A stretch of 64,000 bases of DNA from a virus, in IMG/VR virus record IMGVR_UViG_3300020123_000589, positions 32,001 through 96,000 of that record; one strand, 5' to 3'. The notes beneath the pieces are model-generated. The model was not told the origin of the DNA, did no database searches, and saw only the letters and a list, made by a program, of their open reading frames with translations. A program made the position numbers and the translations under genes. Of the stretch, positions 47,461 through 57,654 are shown in pieces. How positions within the stretch are numbered: the first letter of the stretch is position 1; each line of letters begins with the position of its first letter.

Positions 47461-48105
47461 ATGAAAAATGCTTATGTTGATTATGCTACATTTTGGTCCC
47501 TTGTGACATCTAAAACTTTACTCGCACAATATGTAGATGCTACAGATACGTATCTTATATTTGCTATCGAGGATAGCATTTCATGGGAAGTGAATGTTTT
47601 AAAAGGTACTGATGATGCAATAGATTTTGAAACAAATCATAAATCTTCCTGTAACCAACCTTTAGAATATAGAAGTGTTGATGGTTTACCTAAGTATGCT
47701 TCTGCCATGTTTGTTGATAATTTATCATACTGGGTTGATGGATCTAATGGTAATTTAACAATCTCAGCTAATTCCACAGGCTATTTAAAAACTCATTTTT
47801 CTGTACCATTTAAATTAAACGGCGTAGATATTCACTGGGAAAATGCTAACTTCGGTGACAGTATTAATTTTGAAATAGGAATATACAGTGGTAATGATCC
47901 ATCGAATGAATCTAGTTTTGTTGCATTAGGACAATTTGCAAACCAATACAAAATTATGGGAACTGACACAAAAATGTTTCAAGTAGATACAGTTAAAACA
48001 ATTCCAGCATCTTATAATAATTTAGATATTTATATTCGTACTACATATTTTAATATTGGAAATAACTCAGTCAATATTTGCGTTAATTTATTGGGTTACA
48101 AATAG
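47461..48105 (+). CDS. hypothetical virion protein
   Basis: SD AAGGA; within the structural operon. Confidence 0.6.
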   Translation: MKNAYVDYATFWSLVTSKTLLAQYVDATDTYLIFAIEDSISWEVNVLKGTDDAIDFETNHKSSCNQPLEYRSVDGLPKYASAMFVDNLSYWVDGSNGNLTISANSTGYLKTHFSVPFKLNGVDIHWENANFGDSINFEIGIYSGNDPSNESSFVALGQFANQYKIMGTDTKMFQVDTVKTIPASYNNLDIYIRTTYFNIGNNSVNICVNLLGYK

Positions 48106-48118
48106 GGAGGAAGAAAAC

Positions 48119-48460
48119 ATGGCTTCAGTTACTTTACATGCTAGTGGAACAGAAACAAGCAGTGGAACTAGTGCGGATATACAGGCTCCCAGCACTACTT
48201 TAGTAGGAATGTTTGTTCATATTTCAGCGGTGTCTGGAGTACTTCCAACACTCGTAGTTAAATTACAAGAAAGTCCTAATGGAGGCATTGATTGGTATGA
48301 TGTTCCTGGCATTGTTAATGGAAGTGCATTAACTCTAGTAAGTCTTACAAATCTTTTGCCCTCAAGCACACAATTTATTGCTGATGATATTCGCGTAGTA
48401 TGGACAATTGGAGGAGTAGGTGCCAGTTTTACATTTGAAGTAATAGTGTTAACTACTTGA
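48119..48460 (+). CDS. small beta-sandwich virion protein
   Basis: SD GGAGG before ATG 48119; V.LQESPNGG.DWYD and IRV.WTI motifs. Confidence 0.6.
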   Translation: MASVTLHASGTETSSGTSADIQAPSTTLVGMFVHISAVSGVLPTLVVKLQESPNGGIDWYDVPGIVNGSALTLVSLTNLLPSSTQFIADDIRVVWTIGGVGASFTFEVIVLTT

Positions 48461-48464
48461 TAAA

Positions 48465-48962
48465 ATGCTCACACAAATAGATCTTCATTCTGGTGATATT
48501 CTTCTATTTAAAGTGAAGCCCTCTTCATCTATTTTCTCCAAGTTAATTGGATTAGGGCAGAAGATTTTGGGTCATGCCCCCACCAAGGCAGAATATTGTC
48601 ACGTAGCACTTGTAGCTTTTGATTCTACTTTTGTAATGGAAGCACGTTGGCCAAAAACTAAAATCTCTAAAATAGATTGGACAAATTGGAACGAAGAATA
48701 CGATCTTCAACTTTTCAGAGTAAATAATGTTAAGCCCAGACAAATTTTAGATACTATACATTGGGCAGAAGATCATCTTAATGAATGGTATGATGTATTG
48801 GAATTATTGGGTGGGTGGATTAATATACGACATGCAGAAATTTGCAGTACGTATGTGCAAAAAGCCTGGAAAGCAGCTGGGATTGAATTTAAAACAAATG
48901 AAAATGGTTTTATAACGCCAGATGAGATTGCAGCATCAAATTTGATTTGGAGAGTTAAATGA
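48465..48962 (+). CDS. permuted papain-like (YiiX/YaeF, NlpC/P60) enzyme
   Basis: GDILLF...HVAL...EA...YD...ICS..V..AW...G...TPDEI; His precedes Cys. Confidence 0.75.
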   Translation: MLTQIDLHSGDILLFKVKPSSSIFSKLIGLGQKILGHAPTKAEYCHVALVAFDSTFVMEARWPKTKISKIDWTNWNEEYDLQLFRVNNVKPRQILDTIHWAEDHLNEWYDVLELLGGWINIRHAEICSTYVQKAWKAAGIEFKTNENGFITPDEIAASNLIWRVK

Positions 48963-49204
48963 TTAGAGAAGAAAATGAGACAAAAGAAGTTGCAGTAATA
49001 AAAGATGTTCTTTGTAATAAATGTGGTGTTAGTTGTTTATGTCATACTACATGTGGTTTTTCTTACGCTTCCTTGAACGTTCATTGGGGATATGGTAGCA
49101 CTAGGGATATGGAAGTTCATGAAGCTCAACTATGTCAAAATTGTTGGGAAGAAATTATAAAGACTTTTAAGTATCCAGATTTAGTAGCAGATAACATATT
49201 ATAA
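48959..49204 (+). CDS. small zinc-binding protein
   Basis: CNKCG...WGYGS.RD...LCQNC. Confidence 0.65.
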   Translation: MIREENETKEVAVIKDVLCNKCGVSCLCHTTCGFSYASLNVHWGYGSTRDMEVHEAQLCQNCWEEIIKTFKYPDLVADNIL

Positions 49205-49215
49205 CGGAGAATATT

Positions 49216-49482
49216 ATGGCTAACGTGCAAATATACAATTTAACTTATACCGAGTGGAAAGCCAAAACAGGTACTGCCTATTATATTGATTACGGAAGTT
49301 CCTATCAACTCTATAAAGTTGATTCAACCCTCGCTAATCAAATTCTTTGGGCAGCGCATATTTTTTATGTTCCTCCCCTTACTACCGATCAACAAGCGGA
49401 TTTGACTGATTTTAACACAAATGTTTTAGGAACTGCTACACAAGTTGATACAGTGGATGAGGTTGTAAGTGATAATTTCTAA
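49216..49482 (+). CDS. hypothetical protein
   Basis: SD GGAG. Confidence 0.6.
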   Translation: MANVQIYNLTYTEWKAKTGTAYYIDYGSSYQLYKVDSTLANQILWAAHIFYVPPLTTDQQADLTDFNTNVLGTATQVDTVDEVVSDNF

Positions 49483-49492
49483 GGAATAAATC

Positions 49493-50305
49493 ATGCCTTT
49501 AAATTTGCCAACAGCTCCAATAATTTCTGGGATTTCCAGCACCCTTTTTACTGTCTCAATAGGTCTAGACAGCAATCCTCCTGGAACTTTTTATTCCTTT
49601 CGTGTAATAACGAATGGTATTATAAATTATATTACCAGCAGTGGAATTCTCTCTTCTGCGAATATGTATAATAATATACAGACGATCACAACTGTTAATG
49701 TGTCTCCAGGAACACAGTTTATTATTTCCGTGTCTGCTGCGACAGATGCCCAAGGATCTAATGCTACAGCATATGGGCCTTTTACTACTTTTTCCACATT
49801 AACAGCAGCAGTTTCTCCGCAGGGAAGATTTACACCGCAGCAACAAGCTATTATTGAGCAAAGTAGATTACTGATGCCGCAGAAATTTAGTGTGAATTGT
49901 AGTGATGAACGAATTTTAGCATTTGCTGAAGTAGTATTGGCGGATATTAATCTTTTTCCACCTCTTCAAGGATTTACGACAGATACGTTAATTCCTGTAG
50001 CACTTCCCCTTCTATATTTTGGGATTAGTTTGATGGCTGAGTTATTTTTTCAGATGTCAGCTACATTACAAGATTTCAATTATAATGACAATGGATTGGC
50101 TTTGAATATTGATCAGACAGGTAAAATTAACCAAAGTTACGTAAATATGTTGGAATTTTATAGACACATGATTACTAATTTTAAGAAGACACAGATTTTT
50201 GCACAGGGAGCCTTTGGAATTTCAAGCCCAAGATATCAAAGTCAGATTGGACAATTCCTAAAAATCAGCCTTGGTTCTTCATTTAATTGGAACTCCCCAA
50301 ATTAA
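49493..50305 (+). CDS. head-tail connector/neck protein with FN3-like N-terminus
   Basis: DINLFPP and DFNYNDNGL.L.ID motifs; N-terminus paralogous to 50920. Confidence 0.55.
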   Translation: MPLNLPTAPIISGISSTLFTVSIGLDSNPPGTFYSFRVITNGIINYITSSGILSSANMYNNIQTITTVNVSPGTQFIISVSAATDAQGSNATAYGPFTTFSTLTAAVSPQGRFTPQQQAIIEQSRLLMPQKFSVNCSDERILAFAEVVLADINLFPPLQGFTTDTLIPVALPLLYFGISLMAELFFQMSATLQDFNYNDNGLALNIDQTGKINQSYVNMLEFYRHMITNFKKTQIFAQGAFGISSPRYQSQIGQFLKISLGSSFNWNSPN

Positions 50306-50359
50306 TTTTTTTAAGTTGCAATAAGCTAGATTAAAATTCCCCAATACAGGAGCAGTACT

Positions 50360-50920
50360 ATGAGTGATAATAGTAAACTTCCTTTCAGTGAGGCCAGTGG
50401 TCGCAAGACTTTACATGGCACCTATAAAGTATCCTTCCTAATAGATATTGATTCGGAAGATGGTATTCTTGCTTCTGATTTTGGTTTGTTCGTTACTCAA
50501 GGTTTTGGGGAAAATCTTGTAAACAAAGTTGCTTCTCTTGACGTAGAAAAAATTTATAAAACAGCTAAAGTAGAATTAAAACCTGGAGATCTAGTTTATT
50601 TAAATCGTGACATGGATATTAAAGCATCGGTAGTTAAAGATAATAATGGTATTTATTGTGTAGGATCTTTTGGACAGCCTATTTGTGAAGAGTACAATTT
50701 ACCATTGCAACGAGGTTTGATAGCCCAAGTTAATAAAGTTACTGAAGGGCAAGCTGAATTAATAGGATTTGATAATTTAATTGAAGCTTCTTTTATAGAT
50801 CCTGAAACAGATGAACCATTTTGGGAGAATGTTCGTATTGATAGAATTGCTGTTGATCTTGATGCCGTTGAAAAAATAGACAATACATCAAAGTCCGTGG
50901 ATATTGTGGAGGAAATCTAA
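50360..50920 (+). CDS. hypothetical protein
   Basis: SD AGGAG; contains NKVAS and YKTAK. Confidence 0.6.
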   Translation: MSDNSKLPFSEASGRKTLHGTYKVSFLIDIDSEDGILASDFGLFVTQGFGENLVNKVASLDVEKIYKTAKVELKPGDLVYLNRDMDIKASVVKDNNGIYCVGSFGQPICEEYNLPLQRGLIAQVNKVTEGQAELIGFDNLIEASFIDPETDEPFWENVRIDRIAVDLDAVEKIDNTSKSVDIVEEI

Positions 50921-52263
50921 TGCCTTTAAATACTCCAGTTGCTCCTACAATTTCTTCAATTAATTCTTCTGGCTTTACTGTTACTAAAAATGTTGATGGT
51001 AATCCTGGAGGTACTTATTATTTATGGATGGTATCTTTTGATACATCAACTTTTTACTGTGATGGATCAGGAGGACTATCAAGCACCCCAATTTTTATTA
51101 TTGGCAGTTCACAAACAGTTTCGAGTCTTCCTCCAAATACAGTTGCTTCTGTTGCATTAGAAGCAGCATTAGATGCTATGGGTAATGGACATACTGCTTT
51201 TGGACCCGCAGCCTCTGCTACTACGTCTGCTACTTCACCCATTAATCAGCCTTACCAAGCTATTTTTTCTACTACAGTTACGTCTTTTTGGCTTCCTAAT
51301 GGCAATCCAAGTGGAACATTATTTGATGTACAACTTTCTCCAGATCCTAGCTTTACAACTGGATTAATTGATTCGGGTTGGATCACAGCACAAACATATG
51401 AATTCATTAATCTGCTACCAAGCACTATTTATTATGGTCAAGTAAAAGCTAGAAATGCGGTGCTTGTAGAAACTCCCTTTGTTTCTTTGGGTCCAGTTAC
51501 TACGTTAGCAGGTCCAGCCAATGTTCGAGCACTACAAGTAACAAATTTATTAGACAACAGAGGATTTTTGTTGCAATGGGCACCAAATATTGAAAATAAT
51601 ATTATTGCTTACAAAATTTATCGCAGCAATTCTCCAACAGATGTTAGTTCTTTTGCTCTTATTAATAGTACTGCCGCAAATGTTACTTCTTATATTGATA
51701 ATGTACCATTTACTTTTGGTATAGTTTATTATTACATTGTTACTGCATTGGATAATGGTGGAAATGAGAGTAGTTTAGATACGGCAAATCCAACGCAAGA
51801 TATGAGTTTTCATTCATTTGAAGAGCAACCATTTCCCACTGTTATTTTAGCTGGAGATGTTATTAATAATGAAACTCCAAGTGGTTCGATTAATGGAATA
51901 AGTACAACCATTACTTCAGTTACAGATTCCACACATTTAGTTGTTGGGTCTACGGCGGGTTGGACGGCTGGATATGCAGCCGATTCCACTACAAATATAG
52001 GTTTTAATGTCGTTTCAATAACTGATTCCACACATTTAGTAGTTTCTTCTACAGTTGGATTGCATGGTGGAGATACGATTGTTCGTGGAAATGCATTATT
52101 TACAACAGCGTATCCGTATAAAAATCAAACGCTCTCAGTTTTCGTTGGTGGATCTAAGAAAACACTTTCTTCAGATTATGTGCTGAATTTGCCACAACAA
52201 TTCACATTTGTAGTGCCGCCTCTTACTGGATCTGTGCTTCGTATCGAATACGTAAGATATTAA
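50920..52263 (+). CDS. fibronectin type III repeat virion protein
   Basis: LLPSTIYYGQVKARN, LQW...YKIYRS, YYYIVTALD..GNES. Confidence 0.78.
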   Translation: MPLNTPVAPTISSINSSGFTVTKNVDGNPGGTYYLWMVSFDTSTFYCDGSGGLSSTPIFIIGSSQTVSSLPPNTVASVALEAALDAMGNGHTAFGPAASATTSATSPINQPYQAIFSTTVTSFWLPNGNPSGTLFDVQLSPDPSFTTGLIDSGWITAQTYEFINLLPSTIYYGQVKARNAVLVETPFVSLGPVTTLAGPANVRALQVTNLLDNRGFLLQWAPNIENNIIAYKIYRSNSPTDVSSFALINSTAANVTSYIDNVPFTFGIVYYYIVTALDNGGNESSLDTANPTQDMSFHSFEEQPFPTVILAGDVINNETPSGSINGISTTITSVTDSTHLVVGSTAGWTAGYAADSTTNIGFNVVSITDSTHLVVSSTVGLHGGDTIVRGNALFTTAYPYKNQTLSVFVGGSKKTLSSDYVLNLPQQFTFVVPPLTGSVLRIEYVRY

Positions 52264-52316
52264 TTGAAATAAGAAAGAAAGATACTATAGAATTTTATAC
52301 TGAGAGATAAGAGGAT

Positions 52317-52895
52317 ATGTCAACTGTAATTACAGGAATTACGAATAACACAAATACAGATTTTAGGTTATTGGTTCCTGGTTACAATACCAGTAGACCT
52401 GATATTCTACTTAATGCGTTAACTACGTATAATCTTTTTGAATTTTTAACACCAGATGAAATATGGGCCATGCAGGTAGCTCTTGAACCTTTAGTTAGAG
52501 ATGGAACTTTATCTATTACAGCTACAAGCATATTTCCTTTTACCCCCGTTACAAGTTTACGAGCAGACAATAATAATGAAATAGTTGGAAAAATTCAACT
52601 AATTTCAGGTTCGAATGTTACTTTGACTCAGCTAGGTGCTGCCATTGCCATAAATGTTCCAGGCGGTGGTTTATCTCCATCAAATTTTGTAATTGGTGAT
52701 GATCTTACTAGTCAAATTGGGACAAATATTTTCACGTTAACATATGTTCCACTTCTAGGAACTACATCAATCTATGTAAACGGTCTTAGACAAAGAGTTG
52801 GACTTAGTAATGATTACACGATTTCAGGAAGAATTGTCACAATGACGTATACACCCAATATTGGTGATTCAATATTGGCTGATTATTTAATGTAA
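52317..52895 (+). CDS. virion protein (shared N-terminal domain plus VNGLRQ..DY C-terminal module)
   Basis: modules shared with 40713 and 52961. Confidence 0.6.
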   Translation: MSTVITGITNNTNTDFRLLVPGYNTSRPDILLNALTTYNLFEFLTPDEIWAMQVALEPLVRDGTLSITATSIFPFTPVTSLRADNNNEIVGKIQLISGSNVTLTQLGAAIAINVPGGGLSPSNFVIGDDLTSQIGTNIFTLTYVPLLGTTSIYVNGLRQRVGLSNDYTISGRIVTMTYTPNIGDSILADYLM

Positions 52896-52960
52896 AAGAT
52901 TTGATTTAACAGAATTGGATTAGGAAAGCCAATTTTATAAATTTAAGGAGACATAAAATT

Positions 52961-54640
52961 ATGTCAGTTACACAAATTCGTGGTGATACACAATTACAAA
53001 ACGATACACTTACTTCTGATCAAATTGGAAGTAGAACAACGGACCTTACACTTTATCCTTTTGCCGATACTACAACGGCTGTTAAGATAACTAAGGCGGA
53101 TAAATCAACTCCGATTATTACTGTTGATACAACTAACAATAAGTTATTGTTGACAAATGGCGGAATTACAGCAGTTTTTCAAGCCAATAGTTCATTTGGT
53201 GGTATTGATGTTGATGATGGCACTGGAGCTGGCGGAGAAATAGATGGTATCCAAGCAGGAGGATATTTAGTTTTGGGCAGCGAACCAGGAGCCCCAACCG
53301 CTCTTTATTTAAATCCTACTGAAGCTCATATTGTGACTGGGGATGGAACCACCCGTTTAAAATTAGATGGTACAACGGTAGATGCAAGAACACAAAGAAT
53401 TATTAATGTTGTAGATCCAACATCCGCTCAAGACGCTGCTACAAAGAATTACGTTGATAGTATTTCTGCGGGACTCGATCCAAAAGCCTCTAGTCGAGTT
53501 GGTACACTTGTCAACGTTCCTGGATATACAACTTCGCCAGATAATGGTGAATTAACTATTCCAAATGCAAATGCCACATATTTTCCTAATGCAGGAGCTG
53601 CTGTTGTTATTGATGGTGTGACATTAAATACAGGAGATCGTGTTCTCGTTAAAAATCAGACCGACCCTAAACAAAATGGTATTTATAGTGTTGCAGATCC
53701 TGGTGTTCAAGGAACAACAGATGCTGTCCTTAATCGTTCCACCGACATGGACGGAACACCTGCTAATGAAGTTTCTGGCGGTAATTTTACATTTGTTGAA
53801 GCTGGAACACAAGCTGGAACAGGTTGGGTCGTTGTCTGGGACGGTACAATTACATTAAATACTGATCCAGTTAATTGGACACAATTCAGCAGTTCTACAT
53901 CAGTTGTTTATTTAGCTGGTGCAGGTATGACACAAACTGGAACCAGTACGGTTACATTTGATGTTGTATCTTCAAATACTGGTATTACTGTAAATGCTAA
54001 TGATATTGCTTTAACGCTCAATACTGTAAGCGGTTTAGAAATTTCTACAGGTTTACGAATCAAAACTGATACTACAACTGCAAATACCATTGGTACAACA
54101 ATTACTTCCAATGGTGCGGGTATGAAGTTTGATGCAAATTCATTTGCAGACAGTGGATCTGAGACATTAGCTCTTGCTTCTGGTGTCGCTGGGGATGGTT
54201 TAGCTCTTACGTCTGGCGTACTATCAGTTAATGTTTCTTCTACTGGTGGTCTTCAGATTGTAACTGATAATTTATCAATCAAACCAGATACAACTACTGC
54301 TAATACGATTGCTATTACTACCACTTCTAATGGGGCTGGTATTTTGTATAGTAGCACAAACTTCTCAGAAAGTTCTGAAACACTTCAGTTAAAAACTGCT
54401 GGTGTATTGTATGCTAATACAAACATTGTAACCAGAGAAGTTCCTACAGGAGCTATCAATGGTTCAAATACATCCTATACTCTTGCTACTACTTATGTCA
54501 ATGGAGCAGAACAAGTATATTTGAATGGTCTGCTACAAAATGCTGGAGGCAATGACTATACTGGAAATGGTACAACGATTGTATTTACATCAGCACCTCA
54601 AACTGGAAGTGTAATCTTAGTAACATATTGGAAAGCATAA
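52961..54640 (+). CDS. tail/collar fibre protein
   Basis: DPTSAQDAATKNYVD, DGVTL..GDRVLVKNQ....NGIY, AGDGL repeats. Confidence 0.75.
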   Translation: MSVTQIRGDTQLQNDTLTSDQIGSRTTDLTLYPFADTTTAVKITKADKSTPIITVDTTNNKLLLTNGGITAVFQANSSFGGIDVDDGTGAGGEIDGIQAGGYLVLGSEPGAPTALYLNPTEAHIVTGDGTTRLKLDGTTVDARTQRIINVVDPTSAQDAATKNYVDSISAGLDPKASSRVGTLVNVPGYTTSPDNGELTIPNANATYFPNAGAAVVIDGVTLNTGDRVLVKNQTDPKQNGIYSVADPGVQGTTDAVLNRSTDMDGTPANEVSGGNFTFVEAGTQAGTGWVVVWDGTITLNTDPVNWTQFSSSTSVVYLAGAGMTQTGTSTVTFDVVSSNTGITVNANDIALTLNTVSGLEISTGLRIKTDTTTANTIGTTITSNGAGMKFDANSFADSGSETLALASGVAGDGLALTSGVLSVNVSSTGGLQIVTDNLSIKPDTTTANTIAITTTSNGAGILYSSTNFSESSETLQLKTAGVLYANTNIVTREVPTGAINGSNTSYTLATTYVNGAEQVYLNGLLQNAGGNDYTGNGTTIVFTSAPQTGSVILVTYWKA

Positions 54641-54651
54641 TTAAATAAAAT

Positions 54652-54697
54652 TACCACATGGGAGATCTAAAAAATTTCCCATGTTGGTAGTTGTTTT
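54652..54697 (+). terminator. terminator hairpin
   Basis: TACCACATGGGAGAT...ATTTCCCATGTTGGTA followed by GTTGTTTT. Confidence 0.6.
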
Positions 54698-54719
54698 TAC
54701 AGATAAGGTATGGTATAGT
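54691..54719 (+). promoter_or_regulatory. possible sigma70-type promoter
   Basis: TTGTTT-17 nt-TATAGT with extended TG. Confidence 0.45.
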
Positions 54720-54756
54720 ATTAACGGAGTACAATAACTATAGGAGAGAAAAGACC

Positions 54757-55005
54757 ATGAATGAAAACGATAATGTACAAGACGCTCAAGTAGTAGAAAA
54801 GCCAATGGTTCATAAAGATACCGTTGCTTTGGAAGCTCTTAAAACTAATGTTACAAATTCTCGTGATAGTTTCAAAAAGCAACTTTCTGACGTTAAAGAT
54901 GCAATTGAAACTCGTGAAGAAGAGATTAATATTTTGACTATCAAAAAACATAAACTTTCAGGGGCTATTGAAGCTTCAGATTTATATTTAAAGCCGTCTA
55001 AGTAA
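54757..55005 (+). CDS. small coiled-coil protein
   Basis: SD AGGAG; heptad pattern. Confidence 0.6.
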   Translation: MNENDNVQDAQVVEKPMVHKDTVALEALKTNVTNSRDSFKKQLSDVKDAIETREEEINILTIKKHKLSGAIEASDLYLKPSK

Positions 55006-55034
55006 ATTAGTTTTTATATTTGTAGTCTTGAAAT

Positions 55035-55070
55035 CTTTCATTGCTTAAAAGCAATGAGAGGTTTCTATTT
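55035..55070 (+). terminator. terminator hairpin
   Basis: CTTTCATTGCT-TAAA-AGCAATGAGAG followed by GTTTCTATTT. Confidence 0.55.
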
Positions 55071-55092
55071 GTATTTTGATTTTGGAGAAGGT

Positions 55093-56841
55093 ATGGCAAA
55101 AACTGAAATTAATGACACCCAAATATTTCCAGGAAGTAGTAATCAAATTTTAGGTGTAAATAATGCTGGAACTTCAGATGAATACAAAACTCTCTCGGGT
55201 ACTTCTAATGAAATTACTGTAACTCATGGAGTTGGGAGTATTACGCTTTCTACCCCCCAGGCAATAGCAACAACCAGTTCTCCTTCTTTTCAACAAATTA
55301 CTTTAGGTTCTACCTCATTAGGTGGAGTGGTATTTAATGACACGGAAGCTACTTCAAAAACTGTTACGTTAGAAGCTCCAACTACCATTACAAGTTCGTA
55401 TGTTCTTAAACTACCTACTTCTCAAAGTAGTGGCACACAGATTTTAACAAACGATGGATCTGGTAATTTAAGTTGGTCTACGAGTTCTGGTTCTGGAACC
55501 GTGAATAGCGGTACTGCTGGAAGATTTTCTTTATATTCTACATCAACAAATGCAGTTTCTGATACGTATGTTCAGAATACACATAATATTACGTTAGCCA
55601 TTGCTTCTCAAGGAAGCCGTTCAGCAGATTTAGCCATAACTATTCCAAATCCTGGAAATGCTGTTACGACAGCTAATATTTTATCTGATACGGATACAAA
55701 TTCTTATACTTTATCTGGGACCTACACGTTGTCAAATGCCCTTACAATTACTCCAACAACTAACCAATTAATACTAGGTACTACACGAACAGCCACTATT
55801 TCAGCTGTTCAACCTGCGACGGCATCTCGTACTTATACTTTTCCAGATTTATCTGGAAATTATAATGTGGTAGGAGATAGCGGAACTCAAACTATTGGAG
55901 GAACCAAGACTTTCAGTTCTGCTTTGACCATTAATCCTACTACGAATCAATTAGTGTTGGGTGGGTCTAGTGGCAATTCAAATACAATTTCTTCTACAGC
56001 TCCTGCTACAACCAGTAGAACGTGGACTATACCAGATATATCTGGAAATGCTACATTTTCTGCATTAGAAGGCACACAGACATTCAGTGGCAGTAAAACT
56101 TTTAGTTCTACCCTTACAATGTCTGGTGCTACTATTGCGATGGGGTCCAATAAAATTACTGGACTTGCAGCTGCATCTGCTTCAGGAGATGCTTTATCGT
56201 GGGGTAATGCTTTTACAATTCCCGCTATTACAGTTAGTACGACCGCAGCTGCTGAAACTGCAATACATTTTCAAGACAATGGGACAAATACTTTTGAATA
56301 TTATTCACAAAGAGCTGGAGGTACTACAGACCATTTAAGGGTGTTTGGATATCTTAATAATAAAATTCTTCTCGATATAGTAAACACAGCAACAACGTCT
56401 CAAGTGGCTATTACTGGAACTAATACAAATGATAGTGCTGCCTCTGGGAATGTTGGAGAATATATTTCTGCCACAGTTCTTCGTGCCGCTGCAATTACTA
56501 CTACTAATTCCACAGCATTCCAATCCCTAACAAGCATTTCTTTGACGGCAGGAGATTGGGATGTGACTGGTGTGGCTGCTGAGTTTGGTGGAACAGCTAC
56601 GACAGGATTTGATTTAGAAGTATATGTTGGAACAAGTGCAACGGCAGCTGATGGTGCCTATGCAGTTAATATTGGAGAAACTACATCTACTTCTAATGGT
56701 AATGGAGACAGTGGTACGTGTATTCCCAATGTTCGGATTTCTTTATCAACAACAACCACAGTTTACATTATGGTGGTAACACAATTTACTACTGGAACGG
56801 GAAAAGTCTATGGACGTATTTCTGCACGGAGGATAAGATAA
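55093..56841 (+). CDS. tail fibre protein
   Basis: SD GGAG; LTNDGSGNLSW, SRTYTFPD, QT..G.KTFS repeats, GTNTNDSA..G.VGEY, SLTAGDWDV. Confidence 0.75.
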   Translation: MAKTEINDTQIFPGSSNQILGVNNAGTSDEYKTLSGTSNEITVTHGVGSITLSTPQAIATTSSPSFQQITLGSTSLGGVVFNDTEATSKTVTLEAPTTITSSYVLKLPTSQSSGTQILTNDGSGNLSWSTSSGSGTVNSGTAGRFSLYSTSTNAVSDTYVQNTHNITLAIASQGSRSADLAITIPNPGNAVTTANILSDTDTNSYTLSGTYTLSNALTITPTTNQLILGTTRTATISAVQPATASRTYTFPDLSGNYNVVGDSGTQTIGGTKTFSSALTINPTTNQLVLGGSSGNSNTISSTAPATTSRTWTIPDISGNATFSALEGTQTFSGSKTFSSTLTMSGATIAMGSNKITGLAAASASGDALSWGNAFTIPAITVSTTAAAETAIHFQDNGTNTFEYYSQRAGGTTDHLRVFGYLNNKILLDIVNTATTSQVAITGTNTNDSAASGNVGEYISATVLRAAAITTTNSTAFQSLTSISLTAGDWDVTGVAAEFGGTATTGFDLEVYVGTSATAADGAYAVNIGETTSTSNGNGDSGTCIPNVRISLSTTTTVYIMVVTQFTTGTGKVYGRISARRIR

Positions 56842-56990
56842 TGCCAATACTTTATACTTCAGATGGTTGTATGTACGAAGGAATGGATTCAACTACTGTG
56901 ATAGCATTGCGTACTGAGCTAGGGCATTCTACTACCTTTGTAGATAAAGCTACATTTGATGCTTTCATAGCTGCAAATTCTGGTAGATAA
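56841..56990 (+). CDS. small fibre-associated protein
   Basis: ATG overlaps the fibre stop; GGAGG upstream. Confidence 0.5.
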   Translation: MPILYTSDGCMYEGMDSTTVIALRTELGHSTTFVDKATFDAFIAANSGR

Positions 56991-57053
56991 AAGAAACATT
57001 GCTGTATAAGTTTTCCAGACAAATTAAAAATATTAAACCGAGGTAAAAAAGTA

Positions 57054-57653
57054 ATGGGCCACATAATGGAAATTTTGCCAGATGTCACCAATAACGGGCC
57101 GACAAATTTTGAGTATTATTTTACCTCAATTCGTGATCGTTTAAAATGGTTGGCCGCAGCTGGGCATGAACGGGTATTGCTCTTGAAACGAAGATATGAT
57201 GGCCAGCTTTGTCCATTTACTTCAACTATTCGCCACTCAAGTCAACAGCATGTGCAGGATACTATTTGTTATGGAACAAATTTTATTAATCCAAATGTTG
57301 TTTTAACAAACACTCCAGGTTTTAATCCAGATAGTGCTACTTCAATCGCCCTTCCAGATGGTTTAGGGGGTTACTATCATTCAATAGAAATAACAGCTTC
57401 ATTAATGGCGGGTGGATATAATAACATTAACGATAAAGATCCAGGTTGGAAGAGGGAATATACTCCAAAATCGTGGACTTTGTGGGAACCCACATTAGAA
57501 AAAGGTGATGTTATTGTTCGTAGAAATGGGCAACGATTTATGATTACGCAGGTGGATCAGTGCCGTTGGAGGCATTTTGTTACACACCAAAAATTTGATA
57601 TTACTTTACTCGAAACAAATCATCCAGTTTATCAGCTTCCTTTAGGACTTTAA
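57054..57653 (+). CDS. head-closure/neck protein
   Basis: G.ERV.LL.R...G..CP...CYGT.F..GYY...WT..EP.L..GD.IV pattern; upstream of tail genes. Confidence 0.55.
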   Translation: MGHIMEILPDVTNNGPTNFEYYFTSIRDRLKWLAAAGHERVLLLKRRYDGQLCPFTSTIRHSSQQHVQDTICYGTNFINPNVVLTNTPGFNPDSATSIALPDGLGGYYHSIEITASLMAGGYNNINDKDPGWKREYTPKSWTLWEPTLEKGDVIVRRNGQRFMITQVDQCRWRHFVTHQKFDITLLETNHPVYQLPLGL

Positions 57654-57654
57654 C

